Below are positions 1 through 6,813 of a stretch of DNA of 64,000 nt, in pieces. The notes beneath the pieces are model-generated. The model worked only from the letters and a program-made list of their open reading frames with translations. It was not told where the DNA came from and searched no databases. This DNA comes from Thermoplasmata archaeon (GTDB lineage: Archaea > Thermoplasmatota > Thermoplasmata > GCA-020350865), in assembly GCA_020348445.1 (NCBI GenBank), contig CP070751.1:2561767-2625766 (forward strand), read 5' to 3'. Every line of letters begins with the position of its first letter. The stretch's first letter is position 1. The position numbers and the translations under genes are program-made.

Positions 1-126
1 CTTTTATGGCAGTTGGCATACTCAGAACTGTATTTTGCTGACATATACTGGCCTGGATTTAGAAAAGTAGAGTTTCTTAGGGCGATTAGATCTTACCAGA
101 AGAGACAGAGAAGATTTGGTACGTAA
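1..126 (+). CDS. uppS: 3' end of cis-prenyltransferase (undecaprenyl/polyprenyl diphosphate synthase), partial at window edge
   Basis: Frame 1 reads [41 protein letters not shown]-stop (TAA 124-126), the characteristic UppS C-terminus (FLLWQ.AYSELYF...WP.F...RRFG). Not in the ORF track. Confidence 0.9.
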   Translation, partial: LLWQLAYSELYFADIYWPGFRKVEFLRAIRSYQKRQRRFGT

Positions 127-155
127 ATTGTCCATCAATTTTCATCCCATGACAG

Positions 156-164
156 TTTTTTTTT
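156..164 (+). terminator. Oligo-T tract, possible archaeal terminator between convergent uppS and E3 genes
   Basis: 9 consecutive T, 30 nt after the uppS stop codon. Confidence 0.35.
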
Positions 165-201
165 ATCTTTGTCAATCGCAATATCCCAAAATATGGAGTT
201 T

Positions 202-2286
202 CTAACTCACGATCTGGAAAAGATTCCTTTTCAAAAAATTTCCAAGATCTTTTTGACAATACCCGCATTCTGTAATTCCCTCCTCTATTGAATTGTGTAA
301 ACAATGTACGTGATAAGGCTTTTTGCATTGAATGCAGGGCATCTCGCAAAGGTCCTTGGTTTCCACAACAGGTTGCGTTAAAAGAGGAAGGCCACATACT
401 GGACATTCTTTTTGACCGCATATTAAACATTTGAACAAGGATGTATTCCATAAAGATAAAGAAAGCCTATTTATTGCATCAACTAAAAACATACTGGGGG
501 CCCAAGATTTCAATATATCAGTAAAAAAGGCTTTTACAGATTCCTTAAGTTCTAGATCACCAATATCGACTAAAATCTCGGGGGGAACAAGTGGGTAGGC
601 CTGTGGGACCTTGATATTTAACTGGATCCGTTTAATTTTGGGTGCTGCTTCCCCTAAAATATCTCCCGTAGACGAGGGAACTGGTATTGTAACCTTATAT
701 CCACCATCCACTACCTCAAAATCTTCAGTAACCAATCTCAGTAGTAATTCTTCGAACTCTCTTCTATATATATTATTTATGACCTGGGAGAGGTTCCGAA
801 GAACATCCATTATCCTCTTTTGCGGTTTCTTGGGCCATTTTTTGATTCCCTCCAGTTCCTCTATATCCAAGCCTTTCAGTTCTTTAGGTAAAGTTACCAC
901 AGGGGGAGAGGGGTATCCTCTTAAATCCATATCGATATCGATAAATTTCGGTCCATATGTTGATATCCTTATAAGGAACCTGTTCTTGCTCAATCTTTCG
1001 GCTCGATACTCCCTTTTGATGACCTCGAATTCACTTTCTATCATGGAATCCTCCACCAGCCTAACCTCTATACCCTGTAGAATATCCACGAGATTAGGTG
1101 TAAACACATCCTCCCAGTGCTTCAATTTCTTGAAGATTTCTTCAATACCGCGGATCCTGATCAACAGATCATCAGTGAAGGTTATGGATGGTTTTTTCGG
1201 GAACTCCTTATAATTTATGGTAACGGGATAGATGTTGTAAATCCCAGCATCCAGACATGAAAGGTAGACTACTACATGATACATTTTATCTCCGACCAAC
1301 TCCAAAGAGAAATTGTTGGAAAGGTCCAGATACTGCGAAATCGCCTCCTCGTTCTCGAAGGAATCTTCAGTGGCTTCTGCATCTGGTATCTCAAAATCGT
1401 AAGATGGCTCAATTTCAAAAAATGTTTCAGGAAGAACCTCCTTTACCTCAAACACCTCTTCTGAATCGATATCTGAGGATTGTGGAGTTACCTCGATAAA
1501 TTCCCCCTCAGGTAGAACCTCGACAACCTCTTCATTTTTCTCTTCACTTGACTTTTTACCATTTTCAATTTCCTTTACCTCGGATTGCTTATCCTCCCTC
1601 TCAGGATCTTCTTCCTTTATTTCTTCAGATGGTTTTATCCTGGATTGTATATTATAAAGCACATCCACAAGTCTTGGAGGGGACTTGGGATCCCAGTTGT
1701 TCAGATTTTCAAGCAATTCATCTAAACCGTCGATATTCACAAGGAGCTCATCAGTAAAGGAGAAGGTTGGCTTTTTTGGGTAATATTCAAAATCTATATT
1801 GACAAAGTACTGCTCACCGTCTGGCGAGTTTAAAAACACCGAGATGTCCCTGATGCTGCCGTCGATTAAAGCCAAAGAGAATTCATCACTTAATTCAAGA
1901 TACTGGTTGTAGATCTCTTCAGGTATCAGGCTGACCTCTACAGCGGTCTCTTTACCAGGCTCGAGATCTAAAGGAACGGGAATGTAGCAATGGGGGCATA
2001 TTCTCTCTGCACCGTCGACACCAGATATGGCATTAAAATACTGCTCGATGCAACCCTTATGGAAGGCCACACCGCATATATGTTCGTAATCGGCACCACC
2101 CCGCCTGCAGATAGCACATTCTTTTGTTTTTTGCACAACAGTTCTTAGTTTGTGCTGGAATCCGGATTCCACGTCCTTTTCTGATGATCGAGAAAATTTA
2201 TTTTTTGGTACCCATATGGGAATCATAGGTATAAGAAATGACAAAGCGCAAATTTTTTTAGATAACAAGGATGGGAAACCTATCAT
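202..2286 (-). CDS. FANCL-like putative E3 ubiquitin ligase: N-terminal RING/PHD-type finger, 4 inactive UBC/RWD-like repeats, C-terminal C4HC3 finger
   Basis: N finger: C57-x2-C60..H69-x-C71-x4-H76-x2-C79..C97-x2-C100. C finger: C628-x2-C631..C651-x2-C654-x4-H659-x2-C662..C674-x2-C677. Four ~95-aa repeats each carry a (Y/F)PxxP motif and a W..(L/I)(V/M)D(V/I/A)(L/I) helix, with no HPN or catalytic Cys. Start at 2286 (GAGG upstream) or 2226. Last gene of the Ub cluster. Confidence 0.8.
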   Translation of the reverse strand: MIGFPSLLSKKICALSFLIPMIPIWVPKNKFSRSSEKDVESGFQHKLRTVVQKTKECAICRRGGADYEHICGVAFHKGCIEQYFNAISGVDGAERICPHCYIPVPLDLEPGKETAVEVSLIPEEIYNQYLELSDEFSLALIDGSIRDISVFLNSPDGEQYFVNIDFEYYPKKPTFSFTDELLVNIDGLDELLENLNNWDPKSPPRLVDVLYNIQSRIKPSEEIKEEDPEREDKQSEVKEIENGKKSSEEKNEEVVEVLPEGEFIEVTPQSSDIDSEEVFEVKEVLPETFFEIEPSYDFEIPDAEATEDSFENEEAISQYLDLSNNFSLELVGDKMYHVVVYLSCLDAGIYNIYPVTINYKEFPKKPSITFTDDLLIRIRGIEEIFKKLKHWEDVFTPNLVDILQGIEVRLVEDSMIESEFEVIKREYRAERLSKNRFLIRISTYGPKFIDIDMDLRGYPSPPVVTLPKELKGLDIEELEGIKKWPKKPQKRIMDVLRNLSQVINNIYRREFEELLLRLVTEDFEVVDGGYKVTIPVPSSTGDILGEAAPKIKRIQLNIKVPQAYPLVPPEILVDIGDLELKESVKAFFTDILKSWAPSMFLVDAINRLSLSLWNTSLFKCLICGQKECPVCGLPLLTQPVVETKDLCEMPCIQCKKPYHVHCLHNSIEEGITECGYCQKDLGNFLKRNLFQIVS

Positions 2287-2400
2287 GAAAGTGCCTCTTC
2301 TTTAATCAAAATAACCGCATAAGCGCAATAAAAAGTTTTCCATTGGATTTTACTGCTGTGTTTTAAATATCAGATATAAATTCTTATCTCAAATAAAAAA

Positions 2401-3567
2401 TCAAAGTTCTATCCCGCAGTTTGCGCAGCTTGAATCACCTGGCATTATGGAATCATATCCACAGAATTCGCATTTAGCGGCTTTCTTGCGCTTTTCCTTC
2501 TTATGATCCTTTTTTAGCTTATCAATTGCCTTGTCCGTGGATTTTTGGTGCGACTCCAGTTTAATGCCCACAGATTGCATATCTTTTTGTATCTTCTGGA
2601 CGAACTTACCCATTTCATCGATGGTCTTCTCCAGATTCTCCACCTTTTCAGTTAAAACGTGTTTCGGCCTCGCGTATTCCTCCTTGTACTCAAGAACCAA
2701 TGGATAGCCCTCAGCAAGAAGCATTGTAGCTTCCACCATACAATCCAATACATCCTGTATGATATGCTCTACCTCAACATTCTCTATCTCGACAAACTCC
2801 GATTTCTCCCCCAACTCAGGTGATTTTAACCTGAAAATCTTCAGATATTCATTGAGTTGAATTCCTTCTTTGAATTTAGATGGATCAAAGACTATTGCCA
2901 CGGCTTTGGGATTCAAGGATTGGTAGCCAGAGTGATTGACCCTGTCCACAGGGGATAAAAACAGCCCATGGCCTGGGTGCGTGTGATACCATCCAACAAT
3001 CCAGTTTTCATCTGTCAGGTCTTGGTTTATCTCGTCGGCTTTGGCATAGTGCTCATTTTGGAATTCTACCTCAACCAAACTACCGTGAACAATGGGAATT
3101 GCATCCATTATCTGTACTTTGGAATCGTCCACATTCCCAACGAGAAATCCCATGCATTCCACCCAATCCTTTCGTGGTGCCTTGGGATTGGAAAACCTCA
3201 TTCCATGCCTAAGCACTTTGTTCAAGGCCCTATAACTGATTAAAACCTTTTCCTTTTCTTTTGGGGGGATCTCCTCCTTTTCCTCTAATGCCCCTTTCAT
3301 AGCAACTTCTTGTATATCAGTTTCAGCCAGTTCATCAAGCTCTGATAGATAATCGTCTATTTCTTTCTCTTTCTTTTCCTCCATTTCCTTGGGCCTTTGC
3401 TCGATTTTCTCTTCTTTCTTTTCCTCGATTTCTTTGGGCTCTTTTTCTATCTCTTCCTCAATTTCCCTGGGTTCTTTTTCTATTTCTTCCCTCAATTGGG
3501 AGGACTCCTTTTTGAGCTTCCTTTTAGATTTCTTTCTTTTGACCTTAATCCTCTTTTTCTTAGGCAT
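2401..3567 (-). CDS. JAB/MPN+ (JAMM) metalloprotease, Rpn11/CSN5-like deubiquitinase with charged N-terminus, coiled coil and C-terminal zinc ribbon
   Basis: VECMGFLVG (catalytic Glu) and WYHTHPGHGLFLSPVD (H-x-H-x7-S-x2-D). C-terminal CEFC..CANC. ATG at 3567 overlaps the E2 stop by 8 nt; the ORF track starts at 3606. Confidence 0.9.
   Translation of the reverse strand: MPKKKRIKVKRKKSKRKLKKESSQLREEIEKEPREIEEEIEKEPKEIEEKKEEKIEQRPKEMEEKKEKEIDDYLSELDELAETDIQEVAMKGALEEKEEIPPKEKEKVLISYRALNKVLRHGMRFSNPKAPRKDWVECMGFLVGNVDDSKVQIMDAIPIVHGSLVEVEFQNEHYAKADEINQDLTDENWIVGWYHTHPGHGLFLSPVDRVNHSGYQSLNPKAVAIVFDPSKFKEGIQLNEYLKIFRLKSPELGEKSEFVEIENVEVEHIIQDVLDCMVEATMLLAEGYPLVLEYKEEYARPKHVLTEKVENLEKTIDEMGKFVQKIQKDMQSVGIKLESHQKSTDKAIDKLKKDHKKEKRKKAAKCEFCGYDSIMPGDSSCANCGIEL
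3421..3486. repeat. 33-bp tandem repeat (2 copies, 5 mismatches) encoding an 11-aa EEIEKEP(R/K)EIE-type unit in the JAB N-terminus
   Basis: Copies at 3421-3453 and 3454-3486 compared directly. Confidence 0.7.
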
Positions 3568-4096
3568 AATTCTGTGTCCACTCCTTGGCCTTATTATCGA
3601 ATTCATCTTTATTGTATTTATACTGGGCTCCAGCCTCTCTGTTTAGGGGATCGTCCGGATTGAAGAAAGGAGGATAGCAATGTATCATGAGTTTCAGACA
3701 TTCAATGAGCATGGACAAATCTTTTGTGGGTGTCCATCCCATGGTTTTACTCTCGGGATCCACCTTCCCTATCCTGTCCGGGTTAATGATATCAAAACAT
3801 ACATTGTCCTTCCAAAAGCTCTGTGTCGGAGGGGCTCTGTTGATGTCTATATTGGGATGCCATATTCTGGTATGGCAGAACACGCCTGGTGGATAGAACG
3901 GGTAATTGTTGAAGGTCTTGATCTCGAAAACGAACCTTCCGTCTTCATAGGGTGTTTCCTCTGCGCCATAAATCGTAACCTTCAAATGACCAACGAAAGA
4001 CGCCCCAGGCCAAAGCTCTATTATAACGTATCTATCATTCTGAAAGCGTTGCAAGGCTTCAAAATAATCCCTCTCTATGCGCTCGAAATCCGCCAA
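3560..4096 (-). CDS. Ubiquitin-conjugating enzyme E2 (UBC fold, catalytically intact)
   Basis: TPYEDGRF..YPFYPP..WHPNI..DNVCFDII..WTP..L..LI..NPDDPLNREAG. HPN at 80-82, Cys100 (codon 3799-3797). TTG start with GGAGG ribosome-binding site. Confidence 0.95.
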   Translation of the reverse strand: MADFERIERDYFEALQRFQNDRYVIIELWPGASFVGHLKVTIYGAEETPYEDGRFVFEIKTFNNYPFYPPGVFCHTRIWHPNIDINRAPPTQSFWKDNVCFDIINPDRIGKVDPESKTMGWTPTKDLSMLIECLKLMIHCYPPFFNPDDPLNREAGAQYKYNKDEFDNKAKEWTQNYA

Positions 4097-4098
4097 TA

Positions 4099-5334
4099 CT
4101 AGCCCTCCATCTCAATAATGAACTCAGCTTGTTCTCGCTTCAGTTTGCCGTTTTCATCGACAGATGTGTATGTGGCTCTGAGTATATCACGATTTTGGAT
4201 TGGTAGATCAGACAATCTACTTCCCATGATGTCTTGGCCGGGAGCTGCGATCACTGATCCATCTATGATCTTGGTGATCAAGACCGTCTCTTTCAAATCC
4301 ACTCCTTCTTTTTTAAGCGATGATAACATATCAGCAAAAGTAGAATCACTCTTCATTTTAAGGCTCAATTTCACCCTTTCCTTTCCGCATACAGCACAAT
4401 TCTCATCCTTGGAGATTTCCACAGGGGTGAATATCCCGTAAGAAGAGCTATATTCAAGATATGAGGGTGACATTATCTCACCAATATTAAGGCCCGAAAG
4501 GCGGTGAAGGATTTTCAGCACCTCATGGGAGACTATAGCCGATATGACCGCATTGACAGTCAATATGGAAGGGATTTTGTTCTCTATTATATTCTCCACC
4601 TCATGGGGCATGAATTCTTCGGCCTTCGTATGCGGGGATTCCTTTGAAAGCCTGGATGCGATTTTCGCAATCATATCAAGTTCCTTGTCTGAATATTCTT
4701 TATGAATACCATGCTCTTTTACGAACTCGTCCTCAGCCTTGAGTATACACTGCTCCCGGCTTCGGGGTTCGCCTGGGATAGAACAAGCAACGTACACCTT
4801 TTCATCTGCTGGAGGTATGGGAAAGAAGCATCGAAGACAGGGAGTTGCATCTTTTAAGAGAGGATCACCTTCCGGGATTATCACCTGGACATTTCCCTTG
4901 AAACCAGTTGCAGCTCCATCAACATATGGCTTGCACAATTCATGTGCCAACCTGTTTAAAGCGAACCTTGCGGAAAAAGAGTCCAGGCCTCCTGCAATGA
5001 GATCCACACCCTCGAATACACTCATTGGTAAATCTTGAAATTTTTGGGTATAGGTTTCGATACTAACATCCGGATTTAGAATCTTCAGTTTTTCTTTGGC
5101 TACCTCAGCTTTGAGTCTGCCTCTATCATTGTCAGTAAAAAGCATCTGCCTCGAAAGGTTCGAGGTCTCGATAGTATCCATGTCTATCAAAATTAGATTC
5201 CCAACACCCACTAAAGCAAGGTTCTTTGCAATCTCACAACCCAATGCCCCTATACCAACGATTAGCACATGGGAAGAAGAAATGACGTCTTGGTCCCAAC
5301 CCTCAAGGGAAAGATGTCTGGCATACCTTGCCAT
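4099..5334 (-). CDS. Eukaryote-type ubiquitin-activating enzyme E1 (UBA3/UBA2-like), with catalytic-Cys insert and C-terminal UFD-like extension
   Basis: GIGALG, D.D.IETSNLSRQ, GGLDSFSARFALN, PCLRC..VACSIPGEPRSREQC (aligns with UBA3 PMCTIASMPRLPEHC), CAVC zinc pair, and ~90 extra C-terminal residues. ATG at 5334 is preferred over the ORF-track start at 5421. Confidence 0.93.
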   Translation of the reverse strand: MARYARHLSLEGWDQDVISSSHVLIVGIGALGCEIAKNLALVGVGNLILIDMDTIETSNLSRQMLFTDNDRGRLKAEVAKEKLKILNPDVSIETYTQKFQDLPMSVFEGVDLIAGGLDSFSARFALNRLAHELCKPYVDGAATGFKGNVQVIIPEGDPLLKDATPCLRCFFPIPPADEKVYVACSIPGEPRSREQCILKAEDEFVKEHGIHKEYSDKELDMIAKIASRLSKESPHTKAEEFMPHEVENIIENKIPSILTVNAVISAIVSHEVLKILHRLSGLNIGEIMSPSYLEYSSSYGIFTPVEISKDENCAVCGKERVKLSLKMKSDSTFADMLSSLKKEGVDLKETVLITKIIDGSVIAAPGQDIMGSRLSDLPIQNRDILRATYTSVDENGKLKREQAEFIIEMEG

Positions 5335-5344
5335 ATCTTTTTTA

Positions 5345-5620
5345 TCACTGGAAAATCCAACCACCCGCTTGTTGAGTAATGATGGTAATGGTATCCTTTT
5401 CAGGTTTGTGGCCCAGATCATTCAACTTCTTTGAAAACACATCATTATCGGAAATGGGCTGGCCCTTATAGATTAGCTGAATCACCAAAGCCTGGTGAAT
5501 CTTATAGGCATTTCTTAGGAGGTTCTTTGTGTCCTTGCATGATGCTTCCTTCGGCACGTTTACAGATTTCGTGCCCTGGTTTGGCGGCAAACCCATCATC
5601 CTAAACTTGTATCTTGGCAT
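5345..5620 (-). CDS. Ubiquitin-like modifier precursor (beta-grasp), diglycine at 86-87 followed by a 4-aa tail (WIFQ)
   Basis: IQLIYKGQPISD matches ubiquitin QRLIFAGKQLED; C-terminus TITIITQQAGG-WIFQ; GGTGA ribosome-binding site; directly upstream of E1. Confidence 0.9.
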   Translation of the reverse strand: MPRYKFRMMGLPPNQGTKSVNVPKEASCKDTKNLLRNAYKIHQALVIQLIYKGQPISDNDVFSKKLNDLGHKPEKDTITIITQQAGGWIFQ

Positions 5621-5728
5621 GGTCTCACCTTGATGTTGAATGGGGATAATGATAGATTAAGGTGTCGGTTGGGTGTTTTTCCCACCTATCTATTATTCTT
5701 TGGATGAGGATAAAACCGATATCTGATC

Positions 5729-5736
5729 GTATAAAA
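5729..5736 (-). promoter_or_regulatory. Possible TATA box for the ubiquitin operon
   Basis: Minus strand TTTTATAC about 110 nt upstream of the Ubl ATG; AT-rich motifs arise by chance. Confidence 0.3.
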
Positions 5737-5754
5737 TAAGCGGTTCTTTTGCCT

Positions 5755-6474
5755 TTAGAACTCAGTTTTCTCAGTAATAACCCTTGTTACCTGAAACTCT
5801 CCATCACCATAAAGCAGGGTGTAATAATCTGGACTGTGGTTGGTACTCCTCATCTTAACGCATCTAATTCTTCTTTGTATTGTAACGCCGTCCACGTTCT
5901 CCATTGTCAGGTGGATTATACCATCAGCCAGAAAATCCTCGCCGTATTTCCCGAAGTCCCTTGCACTCTGACTCATTTCTGAGATTAGGATTGTGGTTGA
6001 GTCCAGTTCCTTTAGCCATTCAAAGAGGTGGAAAAGGTCGTTTCTCGGCTCCGCAAAGTTCGCCAAAAGCTCCAAAACGGGTAAGGTGTCTAGGACCAAT
6101 ATATCGTAATCCATGTTCTTTTTGAGATTCTGGGCGTACATCTTGAATATTTGAGCCCAGGTCTGCTGTCCCAGTTTATCCAGATTCTTCCTAATCAGCG
6201 ATAGATCCACCAAACTGATATTATCCTTCACCTCGTTGAAATTTAGTCCCATGGTTGCTATGTGATCCAGAAGACCCTCTCTGCTTTGCTCTAAAGTTAT
6301 GTATGCACCTTTTAAGTTGTTCATTTGAGCGTTTTTGAATATTATGTAAAACGCTACCGAGGATTTCATGGTGCCAGGTTCACCCAAAATGAGAATATTG
6401 TGGCCCCGTGGAATCCCGCCATTCATCTTTTCATCAAATCCCTCAATATAGGTCTTGATACGCTCTTGCACCAT
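5755..6474 (-). CDS. KaiC/RAD55 (aRadC)-family RecA-fold ATPase, single domain
   Basis: MNGGIPRG..GEPGTMKS (Walker A), YITLEQ, LVLDTL (Walker B), E.FLADGIIHL, R.IRCVKMR. Confidence 0.88.
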   Translation of the reverse strand: MVQERIKTYIEGFDEKMNGGIPRGHNILILGEPGTMKSSVAFYIIFKNAQMNNLKGAYITLEQSREGLLDHIATMGLNFNEVKDNISLVDLSLIRKNLDKLGQQTWAQIFKMYAQNLKKNMDYDILVLDTLPVLELLANFAEPRNDLFHLFEWLKELDSTTILISEMSQSARDFGKYGEDFLADGIIHLTMENVDGVTIQRRIRCVKMRSTNHSPDYYTLLYGDGEFQVTRVITEKTEF

Positions 6475-6554
6475 AGAGAATCACCCGCGAGGTCGGTAAA
6501 TTAGATAATAGCTTATAAAATTTATGCAAAAAGAATCAAATAGTAAAAGGAGGG

Positions 6555-6657
6555 GGGGATTCGAGCCGTCGTAGGTGACCTTTGCTCAATGATACTGTTA
6601 TGTGGCCTCCTACTGGTTCGAATCTCCATCAATTTAACGTTGCTTTTAATCCTCAGC
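6555..6657. repeat. Hairpin made of two tRNA T-arm-like copies, plus an inverted copy of the tRNA acceptor 3' strand
   Basis: GGGGATTCGAGCC (6555-6567) pairs over all 13 nt (2 G-U) with GGTTCGAATCTCC (6615-6627); inner stem GTAGG/CCTAC. GTTCGAATCTCC (6616-6627) and TCCTCAGC (6650-6657) are exact matches to tRNA positions 53-64 and 65-72, inverted relative to the tRNA gene. Confidence 0.75.
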
Positions 6658-6680
6658 TCTACTTGAATAAAAATGAAAAA

Positions 6681-6796
6681 CGCTGAGGAGGAGATTCGAA
6701 CTCCCGCGGTGCAGAGCACCACCGGCTATCAGGGTCTTTTTCGTTTCGTTTGAACTCTCAAGGCCGGCGCCGTAAGCCTGGCTTAGCTACCTCAGC
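6681..6796 (-). tRNA. trnS-UGA: tRNA-Ser(UGA) with a 29-nt intron at position 37/38 (6728-6756)
   Basis: Acceptor GCTGAGG/CCTCAGC, discriminator G73, anticodon stem CCGGC/GCCGG with loop CT-TGA-GA after intron removal, long variable arm GGTGC-TCT-GCACC, T-loop TTCGAAT; 87 nt mature. The BHB central helix pairs only 2 of 4. Confidence 0.93.
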
Positions 6797-6813
6797 ATTA
6801 AGCGAATCTCAGT

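Noticed and set aside
86-451. 121-aa minus-strand ORF
   Set aside because: Overlaps the E3 C-terminal finger in another frame and the uppS 3' end on the opposite strand; no motif. Shadow ORF.
5335-5421. E1 N-terminal extension overlapping the Ubl gene, or a possible Ubl-E1 frameshift fusion
   Set aside because: The extension has no E1 features, ATG 5334 sits 10 nt after the Ubl stop, and no slippery site is evident.
5644-5698. Imperfect hairpin upstream of the Ubl gene
   Set aside because: About 10 mostly A-U pairs with bulges; not distinguishable from chance without covariation data.
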